Below, piece after piece: positions 53,501 through 64,000 of a stretch of 64,000 nucleotides of DNA. A model generated the notes under the pieces. The model worked only from the letters and a program-made list of their open reading frames with translations, was not told where the DNA came from and did no database searches. Position 1 is the first letter of the stretch; each line of letters opens with the position of its first letter. Origin of the DNA: Paragordius varius. Its lineage: Eukaryota; Animalia; Nematomorpha. A program made the position numbers and the translations under genes. The stretch covers positions 124,001-188,000 of the forward strand of contig OZ176053.1 of NCBI GenBank assembly GCA_964247055.1. Direction: 5' to 3'.

Positions 53501-56500
53501 TTCTTTCTCTAATTCTTGCCAATACAATAGACTTATTTAGAGAATTTGCTCAAAAATATTAATTTTACAAAAATTTTGTGGGCATATTTTTAAAAATTAT
53601 GGATTTCCAAATTTTGAATTAAAGACGCGTTAAAATATATAACATTAAAATTTATATCATTTTTATTTATTTTATACCAAATATATAGCTAAACAAACTA
53701 AAACCTGGTGATTTTAGTCGAGTTGATAAAATACAAATTAGTCAAACTTTACGAGATGATACGGCAGATTTTTTGATCCTAACGCCTGAAATTGCCTTGA
53801 AACCTGAGACGATTTATGAATTGTACATTCCATTTGGAAGTGAACTAATAAAAGATTTAGCTGGACTATACATGAGTAGCTATAAAGAAGCCGGGAAAGA
53901 AAAGTAATAAATTTTGTCAAAGTTTTACGAAAAACGATTAGGTAATTTTGTTCACTTTTTACCGATTACATAATTTATTATTTTTATTCTAATTATATCA
54001 TCTGGGTTTTAACAATTCGCTACATTTTTATTTTTTTGTATACGATCACAGAAACTATGTTTTGTGCGTTGTTTTAGTAGAAATTTATCAAACACTGATA
54101 TACTGTATTTGATAAAAAGCTTATATATTTTCAGTTTTCCAACCTCTGAGTCAATATTTTGGAGAGCAAAACCCGATAAAAATAAACAGCTGATAATCAA
54201 TAAACAGGTGTTTGCTGAAATTCAACCTAAGAGCTTTCTATTTTAATCATATACATTTTTTTGCCTGTTGTATTAGCGATTAAAAAATTTTAAAAAGAGG
54301 ATTTTACAAAAAATTTTAAAGCATGCGCCTAAAGAGCTAAAGAAAGTGTATTGTAAAATTAAAACCAATATTGTAAATACGTTAAGTATATCAAATTTCA
54401 AATCGCTCTGGGGTATCAAACTACCCCAAAGGTAATAAGGTGTAATACATGCGCTATTATTCTTTGCCTATAATTTAATTTAATACTTGATTAAAATCAG
54501 GTATTTGAGTGTGACACAGTTTGAAGCGACAGATGCAAGAAAAGCCTTCCCCTGTTTTGATGAGCCTGCCCTAAAGGCCACTTTTGATGTCAGTATCGTG
54601 ACTCGACGTAATGCAGTAAGCAATGGACCCCTGGAACATTCTTATCCAATGTAAAATTTATTAATAAAACATCTTTTTATAGATTTTTACATGATATGGT
54701 TATTTCTATTTAAGCACTGCGTATTAATTAAACCAAATGTAAAATACATTTTGAAAAAAGGAGGCGTCTTTATCCAATTACTTGATATGATTCAAACATT
54801 TTAGTAAAAAACTTATGGTATTATTTTTTTCATTGTCATAATTTGTTAAATTATAAATAATAGGTTGTGATTTTTATCCAACCATTAACACTTGGATACA
54901 ACACACTCATTTTAGTCCTTCGATTCAAATTGGGGTAGTTGGATACCCCAGGCCTGTTTAAGATCAAATACTTTAAAAAGTATGGAAGTAATCGAAACCA
55001 TGGCAAAATTTTGCACTTATATAACAATAATAAACCGAAATATATAAAAAAATTTAATTCAAAAATACTTGATATTACTTATTTTAAGCTAAAACTGAAA
55101 GGTAAAAATTTAGTCAACGTGACATGTGTCAAATTGTAAAATTAAAAAATAATACAAAATAAACCGCTTTTTCTATTTCTATCAATGTTAGATGTAATTT
55201 ATATAAAAAATAAGCTTTTGTTTTACCCTTAAAATTAAATGAAGACGATATTTTGCAAAATTTTTGTAAAATAAAAATGGCGTCAAAGTAGTTTGAGATG
55301 GAAATTTTTTTAAAAAACAAAATTTTATCAAGATATTTTGGCATATTTATATAATATTTATCAGGATAGAAGCATAAATTTAAATTGAGACCGTTTCCTT
55401 CAGTAGTTTTTTAAAAATTTTAATTTAAATTTAGTCTGGGGTATTTAGATACCCCAATTTGAATCGAAGTGTTAAAACAAAAACCTCTAAAATATTAATT
55501 TTGCAATTTTTATTTGCAAAGGGCTAACATTGGGAATCGAGATTGGAGAAGGCTAGTTTTTGCTACTTCACCGATCATGAGCACTTATTTATTGGCTTTA
55601 AGCGAAAATGAATTCGAAGTCATGAACATTTTGAAGGGCAAAAAACAGAAACGGACAAGCCAATCGGGTGTTCAAGTAATTTAAAAATTCAGATGAAATA
55701 AATAAAATATGTTACCTAAATAAGCCTTTATAAATGAACCAAGTAAACACCAATTTTTATAATTTCAAACATAATCTATATTAAATTAGTTTGATAATGC
55801 GATAGAAACAAAAATGATGTTCTATTATAAGTTTCCAACAATAAAATTTAATTATTTTTTATTTTATCTTTTTTAGTTTTCGATATGGGTTAGACCAGAA
55901 CTCAAGAATCAAGCCGATTATGCCATACTTATTTCACCTAAGATTTTGGATTTTTTCGAAAATTATTTCGGGATTCCCTTTCCACTCCCTAAAATGGGTA
56001 TATTTAATTCTTTAACATATATTCATAATGTTAGTACAGTAAAAATCAATAGTACACAGACAAAACGTAAAAATTTGAGACAGGTATTTTTTGTTAGGAC
56101 AGCCATTATTTTTTAAACCATGTTTTTTATGTAATCTTTTTGATTACAGTTGCGAAATATATAAATTAGTGCCAATTTACACCTCTCCTCACTATTTTAA
56201 AACCCAAAACGATAGAAATTACATTGAAAATTTTAGGTTCATAAATATGGTTGTCTATATATATAAAATAATCGTTTGGTTTTTTACGGTTTCTCTCTAT
56301 AATTTCAATTTTGACAATTATATAATAAAACTATTTTTTTCCCATCTAGATCAAATAGCTGTCCCAGATTTCAGTGCAGGAGCCATGGAAAATTGGGGTC
56401 TTATAACCTACAGAGAATCTGCTTTGCTGTATGCTCCTAATCGAACTTCTTTATCTCATAAATATCGGGTAGCCAGTATCATTGCGCATGAAATCTCACA

Positions 56501-59500
56501 TCAGGTATTTTACAGTAAAAATTAATAATCTACAGACAAAACGTAAAAACTAAAAGATAATTAATTAGATTTTTTAGCAAGTCAACCATATTTTTTTAAT
56601 GATAAAAACCAGCGGTGTCCAACACAAATGGTTCCGGGGGTCGCATATGAATAAATATTGGATTTAACAAATATTTTCTATATTTAAGCATAAGATTTTA
56701 AAAACTACCAATTTTAACAATTTTAGCTAATTCATTGCCAAAATTCGGAAAGAGAAAATTTGTTTGGGATAAGGTTACTTGGATTTCGTAAAATTTTGCA
56801 TTTAAATCTCGCTAACTGCATAAAACCTCCGCGCTGCATGTCTGACACCCCTGATACAAACTATCAGTGTTATGTAAATTAGGTTTTTTAGTAAAAACCA
56901 AGTGCATAAAGAAAAATCATTAATTTTGATATATAGCTTTTTATTAAATTTCTATAGTGGTTTGGAAACTTGGTTACTATGGACTGGTGGGATGATTTAT
57001 GGTTAAATGAGGGATTTGCGTCTTACATGGAATATTTAGGAACTGATCATATACACCCAGAATGGGATATAGTAAGAACAAAAACGCTTAAAAATAATTA
57101 TTTTTGCATTAAAACTAAATATTAACTACTTTAGATGAGCTTTTCGCCAATCAAAGATTTACAATATACCTTGAATGTGGATGCCCTAACTACCTCTCAC
57201 CCTATCTATGTCAAAGTTCAAAATCCGGCTGAAATTGGACAAATTTTTGATACCATATCTTATTCCAAAGTATTTAAGCACAAACAAATACTAATATTTT
57301 CAACTATTTCCTTTTTTATTTTAAAAAAACCTAACTTATTTTTCTAGGGTTCTGCCGTTATCAGAATGATGAATTCTATTTTGAGCGAAACATGCTTCCG
57401 TAACGGATTAAAGGTGTAGAAAATTTATAAAATCTCATATTTTTACAATTTTATTAATCAATTTTCTAACATTTTCAAATTTATATGTAGAGTTATTTGA
57501 AAACACTGGCCTATAAAAATGCCAAACATGATGATCTCTGGTTTCACTTGCAAAAGGTATGTTCCATTTTTTTTATCATTATTTAAGCTATTTGCCAATA
57601 CGATTTTTTATTTCTACCATTAGGAATCGAATATGAGCGGTTTAGTGTTGGCCGATGTTATGAATACATGGATTTTGCAAATGGGGTTTCCGCTCATTGA
57701 AATTCGCAAAGTTTACCCTGATAGTCCGTCCAATCATAGGTAGAAAGATATATTTTCAATAATCGCGACCAACAGATAATTTTTGAATGCTAAGATAATT
57801 ATCCTTTTTTCCTAAAACAAGGTCATAGCGCATTTATTAATGGTTTTCCAAAAACTGTCATTAGGATATTTAGTAATTAAAATTTTCATTTTTACCCTTA
57901 CTATAAATTAGTTCCAATGCATTTTTTAACATTGAAATCCGTCAATCCTACTTTCTGGCTAATCGAACAGCACAATGGTCAACCAAATACATATCCCCTT
58001 ACAAGTAATACAATTTATGTTTATTTTCTTTAATCAATTTGCATTAAAAAATATTATAATCTTTTTAATTTGACTATCGAATAATTTAATTAGTTATACA
58101 TGGTATGTGCCCGTTACTTTTGTCCATAAAATCCACGGAGAAGAAAAGGTATCAAGGACCCATCTGGTCTGGTTAAATCGATCTGATGGTAAGTATTTAG
58201 AAATCAGTTTATTCACAATAGATATCTAAACAATTTTTTGCTAGTATTAAAATTATTAATAGTAGAATCTGTTTTTGCAAAACCTTACTTTTTCAAAACT
58301 ATTTTAGAGCTAAACCGGTTTTATATTTTTTTTGTATTAGTTGAGACCTGATAAGTTTTTCCTAATAAACTTTGCTTTTTTATGTCTTTTTATGTGAAAA
58401 CACTAATTTTAGAACCGAACTAAAAACAAAATCTAAAAACCGTTTAAAATCGGAACCAAACACGGTTACGGTGTCAATCCCCAAAAAACAAAATAAGAAC
58501 TAAAATAACTAAAAATAGTGATTTATATATATATATCGTATTTCAGGTATTAATCCAACATTTTCTTTACATAACTCTAGCCACCGTTTCAGTTTCCTAT
58601 CCATCAAATCATTACCATCATAAGGTGGGGAGAAGGGGACGACAGTTGTCACATAATGACGCTGAAGGTGAAATAAAAAAGACTGTAGCTTTCACACCAG
58701 CAGAATGGATCCTAGGTAATGTTAAACAAACTGGTCTTTACCGTGTTATGTATGATCGATCAAACTGGGAACTGCTTTTATCCCAACTAATGACTAACCA
58801 TGAAGTATTCGATATTTCCATTAAAAATATATATGATAATATATATTTTTGGTCGTTTTGGAAAATAAATTGTAGAATTAAGTTTTTTTAATAGATGTAC
58901 CATATAATTGGGTATATATAGGTATAAAAAGATTTTTATGGAGTATATTACTAAAAGCCATAAATTAGTATTTTTTAATTTGTTTTTAATTTTATCATAA
59001 TTTTTATTATTAACCAATTTAGATAATAGATCCCATCAATCGTGCTCAAATTTTGGATGATCTGTTCACATTTGCCAAGTATAATAACAATACAATTTGA
59101 CCATATATATCTTAGTTATTCGATAATTTTTTATTAAATTTATTTATATAGATCAGGATATGTGACATACGATTTACCCATGAGAGCCACCAAATACCTC
59201 ATATATGAACAAGCTTATTTACCATGGACTGCAGTGCTTGAAGAAGAATTTTCGTATTTGGGCGAAATGTTTGGACGTCGACCCTGTTTTGGCGAATTTA
59301 AGGTTGTTTGAAAAATTATATTTTATAAATTTATTTTTCATAGTTTGTTAGCAGAAATATGTACTAAAACTTAGTGCAAACTTAGTGAAAATTATAAAAA
59401 ATGTTATTATACAGTAAAAATTAAAATTATGCAGACAAAGTATACATACATAAAGACAATTGTTTTTTCCAAAGGCTATACTTTTTAAAACTGCAAAATG

Positions 59501-61771
59501 GTGCTTATTTCACACTATAGTAGGATAATTTGCAACACAGTAGTATATGGAAAAAACGACAAATTGCAAATTGCTCTGCTATAGTTTACAATAAGCAACC
59601 ATTAAATTGCATACTGTAATTATTTATTATTGTAATTAAATACTTTATATAAAAAATCGAATATTTAATAAATTATTTTACTTTTTATAAAAAATATTTA
59701 CCTTTTAGTACTTACGTTTTGTCCGTATAATTTAAATTTCTGTAATTTTTAAGGAATAACACAATGTCAAAAAATTATTTTAGGGTTATATGCAAGAACT
59801 TATATGGCCACAATACAAGCGCATTGGGTGGAATCATATCCCAGAAACTGATCTTAAAAATACGTAATTTTTTGAGAAAATGGTTTTTCCAAATTGTAAA
59901 TTTATACTAAATCTGTGAATAATTATTAATTAAAAATTTGTTTTACGTATGTAGGATGTTACAAGAAGATATAATTAAATGGTCTTGCATGTTTGAGGTT
60001 GATTCCTGCGTTGAAGAGGCTAAAAGGCGATATCGCCGTCTCATGACTACAAATATGTCCACAGATTTAACGTAATTTTTTTAGGTTTTTGACGCACGAG
60101 TTTTAATTTATGGATAAATTGATTAATAACTTGTATGAAATAATGGATTATTTAAAACAATACAATATTTCTATTTTTTATCGATTATATAATTTAATAT
60201 TAAACCATTATAATTATATTTTTTATCGTTATTCTTTATGAAAAATAAATATTTTACATAAATGATAAAGAATCAGTAAGATCCAAAATATTCTATAGTT
60301 TAATAAATTTCATTATTTTATACTTATTAATCAATGTATAAATAAATTTTATATATTCTCAAATATAATTTAAAAATAAACGCACCTTAAAAGATCATTT
60401 TTAATTGCTTTTTTATTTGGTATTTAGAATTCAACCGCATCTGAGAACGATAGTATATTGCTATGCCATTGCATATGGAGGAACAGAAGAGTGGAACTTT
60501 GCTTGGAATCAATATCAGACCGAACAAGTACCAATTTAAAAAATAATTTCTTTCCGTTATGATTTGCAATCATTAATTAATATTTTACGCATAGAATTCG
60601 CAAGAAAAAATGAGATATCTGGTAGCTCTTGGATGTAGTCGAGAACCCTGGCTGTTAAACAAGTATTCTCATAAACTTTTTTTATGTCGAATTTTCCAAA
60701 AATATTAAGTTTTAAGTAATTTCTAAACGTTATTTTTGCCAAAAAATAAAATAGATTGCTTCATTCGTCTTTCAATGAGAGTATGATTCGAGGACAAGAT
60801 ATAAGCACACTCCTTCGATCCGTCGCGCTAAATAATCAGATTGGTAGAATGGTTTCTTGGGCCTTCATCCGAAATAATTGGCAAGCCATCCAAAAAAAGT
60901 AATATACCTCATGAAAACTAATTTAATATTTATGACCCGGTATAATAAAATAAACAGTAAATCCGGCTTAAAATTCTATAAAACTTTATTTATAGAAAAA
61001 ACTTCTCATAGGTTTTAATAACAAATTATTTCTTTTAATTTTTTTTTAGAAATTTTACGCTTATTACTGAGGAAACTTTCATTTCTCATAATATATATTT
61101 TTATATTTTTACAAACATATAGATGGGGCAACAATTATTGGGCAATGGACGTAATCATATCAATCTTTACATATGGCCGTAATACTCGGGAAGAAACCCA
61201 AGAGGTACCAAAAATATGTACAGTAAAAATTGAAATTATACGGACGAAACGTGAAAATATAAAAACAAATATTTTTTTGATAAAGGCAATAACACTTTTT
61301 AAATCTTGATTTTTTAAAACTTAAATAATTGTTAAAAATTGCAGAGTATGGAATAGAGATGTATATTGATAACACAATCAATTGTCTTTTACGATTGTAG
61401 TTAAATGTTTTTTAGAGGATAAACTAAGGTCTAAAAAAGTATGGAAAAAATTTTATCTTTATATTTTTACATTTCGAATTTTAAATTTTACTCTACCTTC
61501 AAACAAAAAAACTATCTCTAGAACCTTTTTTTAAAATAATTTCATATATAAATTTCAGGTAATTCAATTCTTAAACACACGCCCCGAAGCGAAATCAACC
61601 CTGTTAGAATCGTCATGGAATCAAAATTTAGAGAAAATATCCCTAAATTACAATTGGTTAAATCAACATGAACAAACGGTTTGTGATTGGTTACGCGAAC
61701 TTAAACCCTATTTTGAACATGCAAATAAAATTGTAGCACTGAAAAGTTTTGAATCGATTAAAAATCCGTAA
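47572..61771 (+). CDS. Type II membrane M1 zinc aminopeptidase (aminopeptidase N / ENPEP / TRHDE / LNPEP-like) with ERAP1-like C-terminal domain; first exon tentative
   Basis: Phase-consistent exons 47572-47644, 49621-50281, 51671-51806, 52154-52330, 52407-53114, and onward. Motifs: TM at ~50000-50085, [65 protein letters not shown] (HEXXH-18-E intact), DTISYSKG. Ends ...SIKNP* at 61771. Confidence 0.92.
48095..49165. mobile_element. ~1.07-kb degenerate palindromic (foldback) element in aminopeptidase intron 1
   Basis: Arm matches continue from the ends almost to the centre (~48615), e.g. cttacgagtgat/atcactcgtaag, gctcgatatcgt/acgatatcgagc, aaatagcgca/tgcgctattt, atgctgaa/ttcagcat. TA-rich flanks. 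Confidence 0.8.
50790..51370 (+). pseudogene. Decayed Tc1/IS630-like DDE transposase relic in aminopeptidase intron 2
   Basis: Colinear fragments [10 protein letters not shown] (cf. FIDETGF), [11 protein letters not shown] (cf. IVMDNASIH) and RLLFVPP (cf. LFLPPY), all broken. Confidence 0.5.
51845..52078. mobile_element. Family F MITE, old degenerate copy
   Basis: ttcaaattcacccctgaaca...atgtgtttttcgactaat...ctttatggtatagt core. Confidence 0.65.
54262..54430. mobile_element. Family D solo arm
   Basis: ttgcctgttgtattagcgatt...atgcgcctaaa...aatcgctctggggtatcaaactaccccaaa resembles 44331-44500. Confidence 0.65.
54915..55470. mobile_element. Family D-related element bounded by inverted repeats
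   Basis: cttcgattcaaattggggtagttggataccccag pairs with ctggggtatttagataccccaatttgaatcgaag. Confidence 0.7.
56037..56320. mobile_element. Family C MITE; further left ends at 56513 and 61221 and a full copy at 59412-59742
   Basis: cagtaaaaat..aa..t..acagacaaaacgtaaaaa left ends; right end tacgttttgtccgtataatttaaatttctg|TA at 59712-59742. Confidence 0.75.
56610..56853. mobile_element. hAT-type MITE nested in a family C element; related left end at ~53385
   Basis: TIRs CAGCGGTGTCCAAC / GTCTGACACCCCTG; 8-bp TSD ATAAAAAC vs ATACAAAC (7/8 match). Confidence 0.8.
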
Positions 61772-62659
61772 AAACACCGAATAAAAAATATCTTTTCTTT
61801 AACTTTGTTTTAAATTTTTAATAAGTCTTTTTTTTCCAAAATTAATCATGTATATTTTCAAAATTGATGTATATCTTTTTTTCAAATTATACTCAATTTT
61901 TTGTAATAAAAATGCCAAATTCTCAAAAAAACATACTCATTTTACTTTTAATCTTTATTACCCATTTTTTCATATAATTATATATATTTACTACAAAGCA
62001 TGCGCCATGATTGTAAATAAATCACACACTATAAATGCACAGAGCATGTAATATACTCAGTAGAAATAGTTTTTGACATAAATAAATTGTAAAATATGAA
62101 TGTGATTGACAAAATTATTTATGAGAAAAATAAATAAATTTTAATTAACAAAAAGGATGTATCACAGAAGTATTCAATGGCTAATTGTATTGGCTATCAC
62201 GCTTTATAATTCTTCTTTTCCTTCATACTAAATTATGTGAAAAATGGAAAAGTTAATAATATAAAAAGAGTTAAAAATGTTAAAATTTACATATATATTT
62301 ATATAAGCTGTGAATAGTCAAGCATCACGAGTGAGTTATATAAAATAAAATTTAAATTATTTATTATTGAAAAATTATATCTACCTAGGTCCAAAAATGT
62401 TAGCTAACGGCGCCCAGGATATTGTTATAGGCATGTAATAATGTATTATTTGGCTATACCTGAATATATTTATTTCTGGAATATAACCGACACTATTTAT
62501 ATCTATCATGAGTATTTTAAAGTATTAAATGTAAAGATCCATTTTTTAATTAGGAGTTATTACAAAGAGTGCGACCGGAAAAAATCTTGTAAGGTATAAT
62601 TTTGACTATCGAATATACGTATGCCTTTCCATGTGCCGCTCTCGTTAGTTGAATACCAC

Positions 62660-63205
62660 GTGCCAACTCAAGCAGCTTTGATGTTGTAAACGAATTTACC
62701 TATCTTGGAGACAAAATAACATCAGACTCCTCAAACAATAGCGCAATTAAGGCCAGAATTAATCGTACCTGGGGGAAACTATCATCAGCTAATATGCATG
62801 CTAAAAGAAAAAGCTTAATTTATAAAATAAGTATAAGACCAGTTTTGACATATGCCACAGAAAGCATGTCATTAACATAAACACAAGAGAAGCGTTTCAT
62901 CAGTGCTGAAAATCACATACTAACCGCAATCACATACAAATGGAGTCTATAGAAAAATTTATCCTATTCAAAAGGGATGAGATACTACTGTCACCTTGAA
63001 TTTATCAATCCTGATAATTTGATCAGAACCTCATTCGACATCATCCCACATTGAAACAACTCGGTTGTCTCGTTCTTGGGCTAAAAAGATTGATCTGAAT
63101 TTGCAAAAACTCAAACTTCTAAAAACAGATTGCCTTGATCGTAAAAAGACAGATAGTTTACTGTGCCATCAATACTTATTGTTAAACAACAACACAACTT
63201 AAAAA
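62660..63205 (+). pseudogene. 5'-truncated RTE-clade LINE relic
   Basis: FDVVNEFTYLGDKIT...IKARINR...LIYKISIRPVLTYATESMSLT* matches the RTE RT C-terminal region. Ends in an (AAC)-rich tail. Confidence 0.85.
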
Positions 63206-63699
63206 ATACTAGTATAAAACGATTTGAAGATGTTCAAACGTGGTAAAAAATGTTATGAATTAAAAATACTTTAGGGTGTAATCCTTTAAATTCTTGTTGT
63301 TCCATAGTCACACTGTGACAACCCGGCTGTTGAACCAAAAACTCTTTAACTTCCCATGCCTTGGAGCCATCGTTTAACATAAATATTGCACGATTATTTT
63401 CAATCATGTATCTGTAAAGACAAAATTATACAAAAATTAAATATACAATTATGTATGAAAATTTTTGATAAATGTACGTTTTTAATTGATTTTAGTGTTG
63501 TTTTTATCGTTTTACGAAAAATCTATTTAACATTGCATATTGTAATTTTTATCTTTTGTAATAACGATATCACAAATTAATATTTAATAAATTTATTAAC
63601 TCAAAGTTTAAACACAAATAACCAAAACAAAATTTAAAAGATACATATATTTATTGATGTTTGATATTATAATAAAATTAAATAAATTTATAAATTGTT

Positions 63700-64000
63700 T
63701 TCATTTTCTAGGGGTTTTCTTTGCAGACATTCTGACAAAAATGTGTGAAGAAAAATTATAATATTTTTTTTGATTTTTTGCCTTTTATCTTCGCAAAGTC
63801 TAGCAATTTTGTTATGCTGTGCTCTAGACTGGTACTACACCGGGTTTTTTCTCATAGTGATATTTTATCTCGTGGAAAAAAACACTAAATAGGGTTGAGT
63901 TGCGGTGAATAAGGAGATAAATCAACAATGTTGCTCCTTAGTTTACCTACTATCGCGGCATAGTGAATGGGAACATTGTCGCAAACTATGAATGAACCTT
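63700..64000 (-). pseudogene. Tc1/IS630-like transposase relic (C-terminal part, runs off the window)
   Basis: IVCDNVPIH....LSPYSPQLNPI* where the catalytic E position is a TAG stop. Confidence 0.8.

Noticed and set aside
58305-58480. AAACCG-rich stretch suggesting a hAT subterminal repeat
   Set aside because: No matching second TIR or TSD found.

Overview
Very AT-rich, intron-containing animal genomic DNA. The taxon cannot be fixed from sequence alone. Five spliced genes were reconstructed by hand. (1) Gemin2 on the - strand (2892-6149). (2) A ~1200-aa TPR/alpha-solenoid-like protein of unknown family on the + strand (6239-14989), head-to-head with Gemin2 with only 89 bp between the ATGs. 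(3) A 970-aa type II membrane collagen with a furin site and a spongin/short-chain-collagen-C4-type C-terminal domain (+, 17216-24313). (4) A BRWD1/PHIP/BRWD3-family WD40-bromodomain gene (-, 24740-~39096). (5) A membrane M1 aminopeptidase with a ~240-aa insertion in its N-terminal domain (+, ~47572-61771). Some introns are only 24-36 nt. Larger introns are largely filled with several MITE/foldback families, one of which has TIRs built from tandem 20-23-nt units. Dead mariner, Tc1/IS630-like and RTE-LINE relics are also present. The most notable observations are the collagen domain architecture, an oriented array of 5'-splice-site-like motifs in the last Gemin2 intron, the aminopeptidase insertion, the ultra-short introns with their MITE-driven inflation, and a GC-rich two-hairpin island in a BRWD intron. 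All gene models, coordinates and counts are by eye and are not backed by searches or RNA data.
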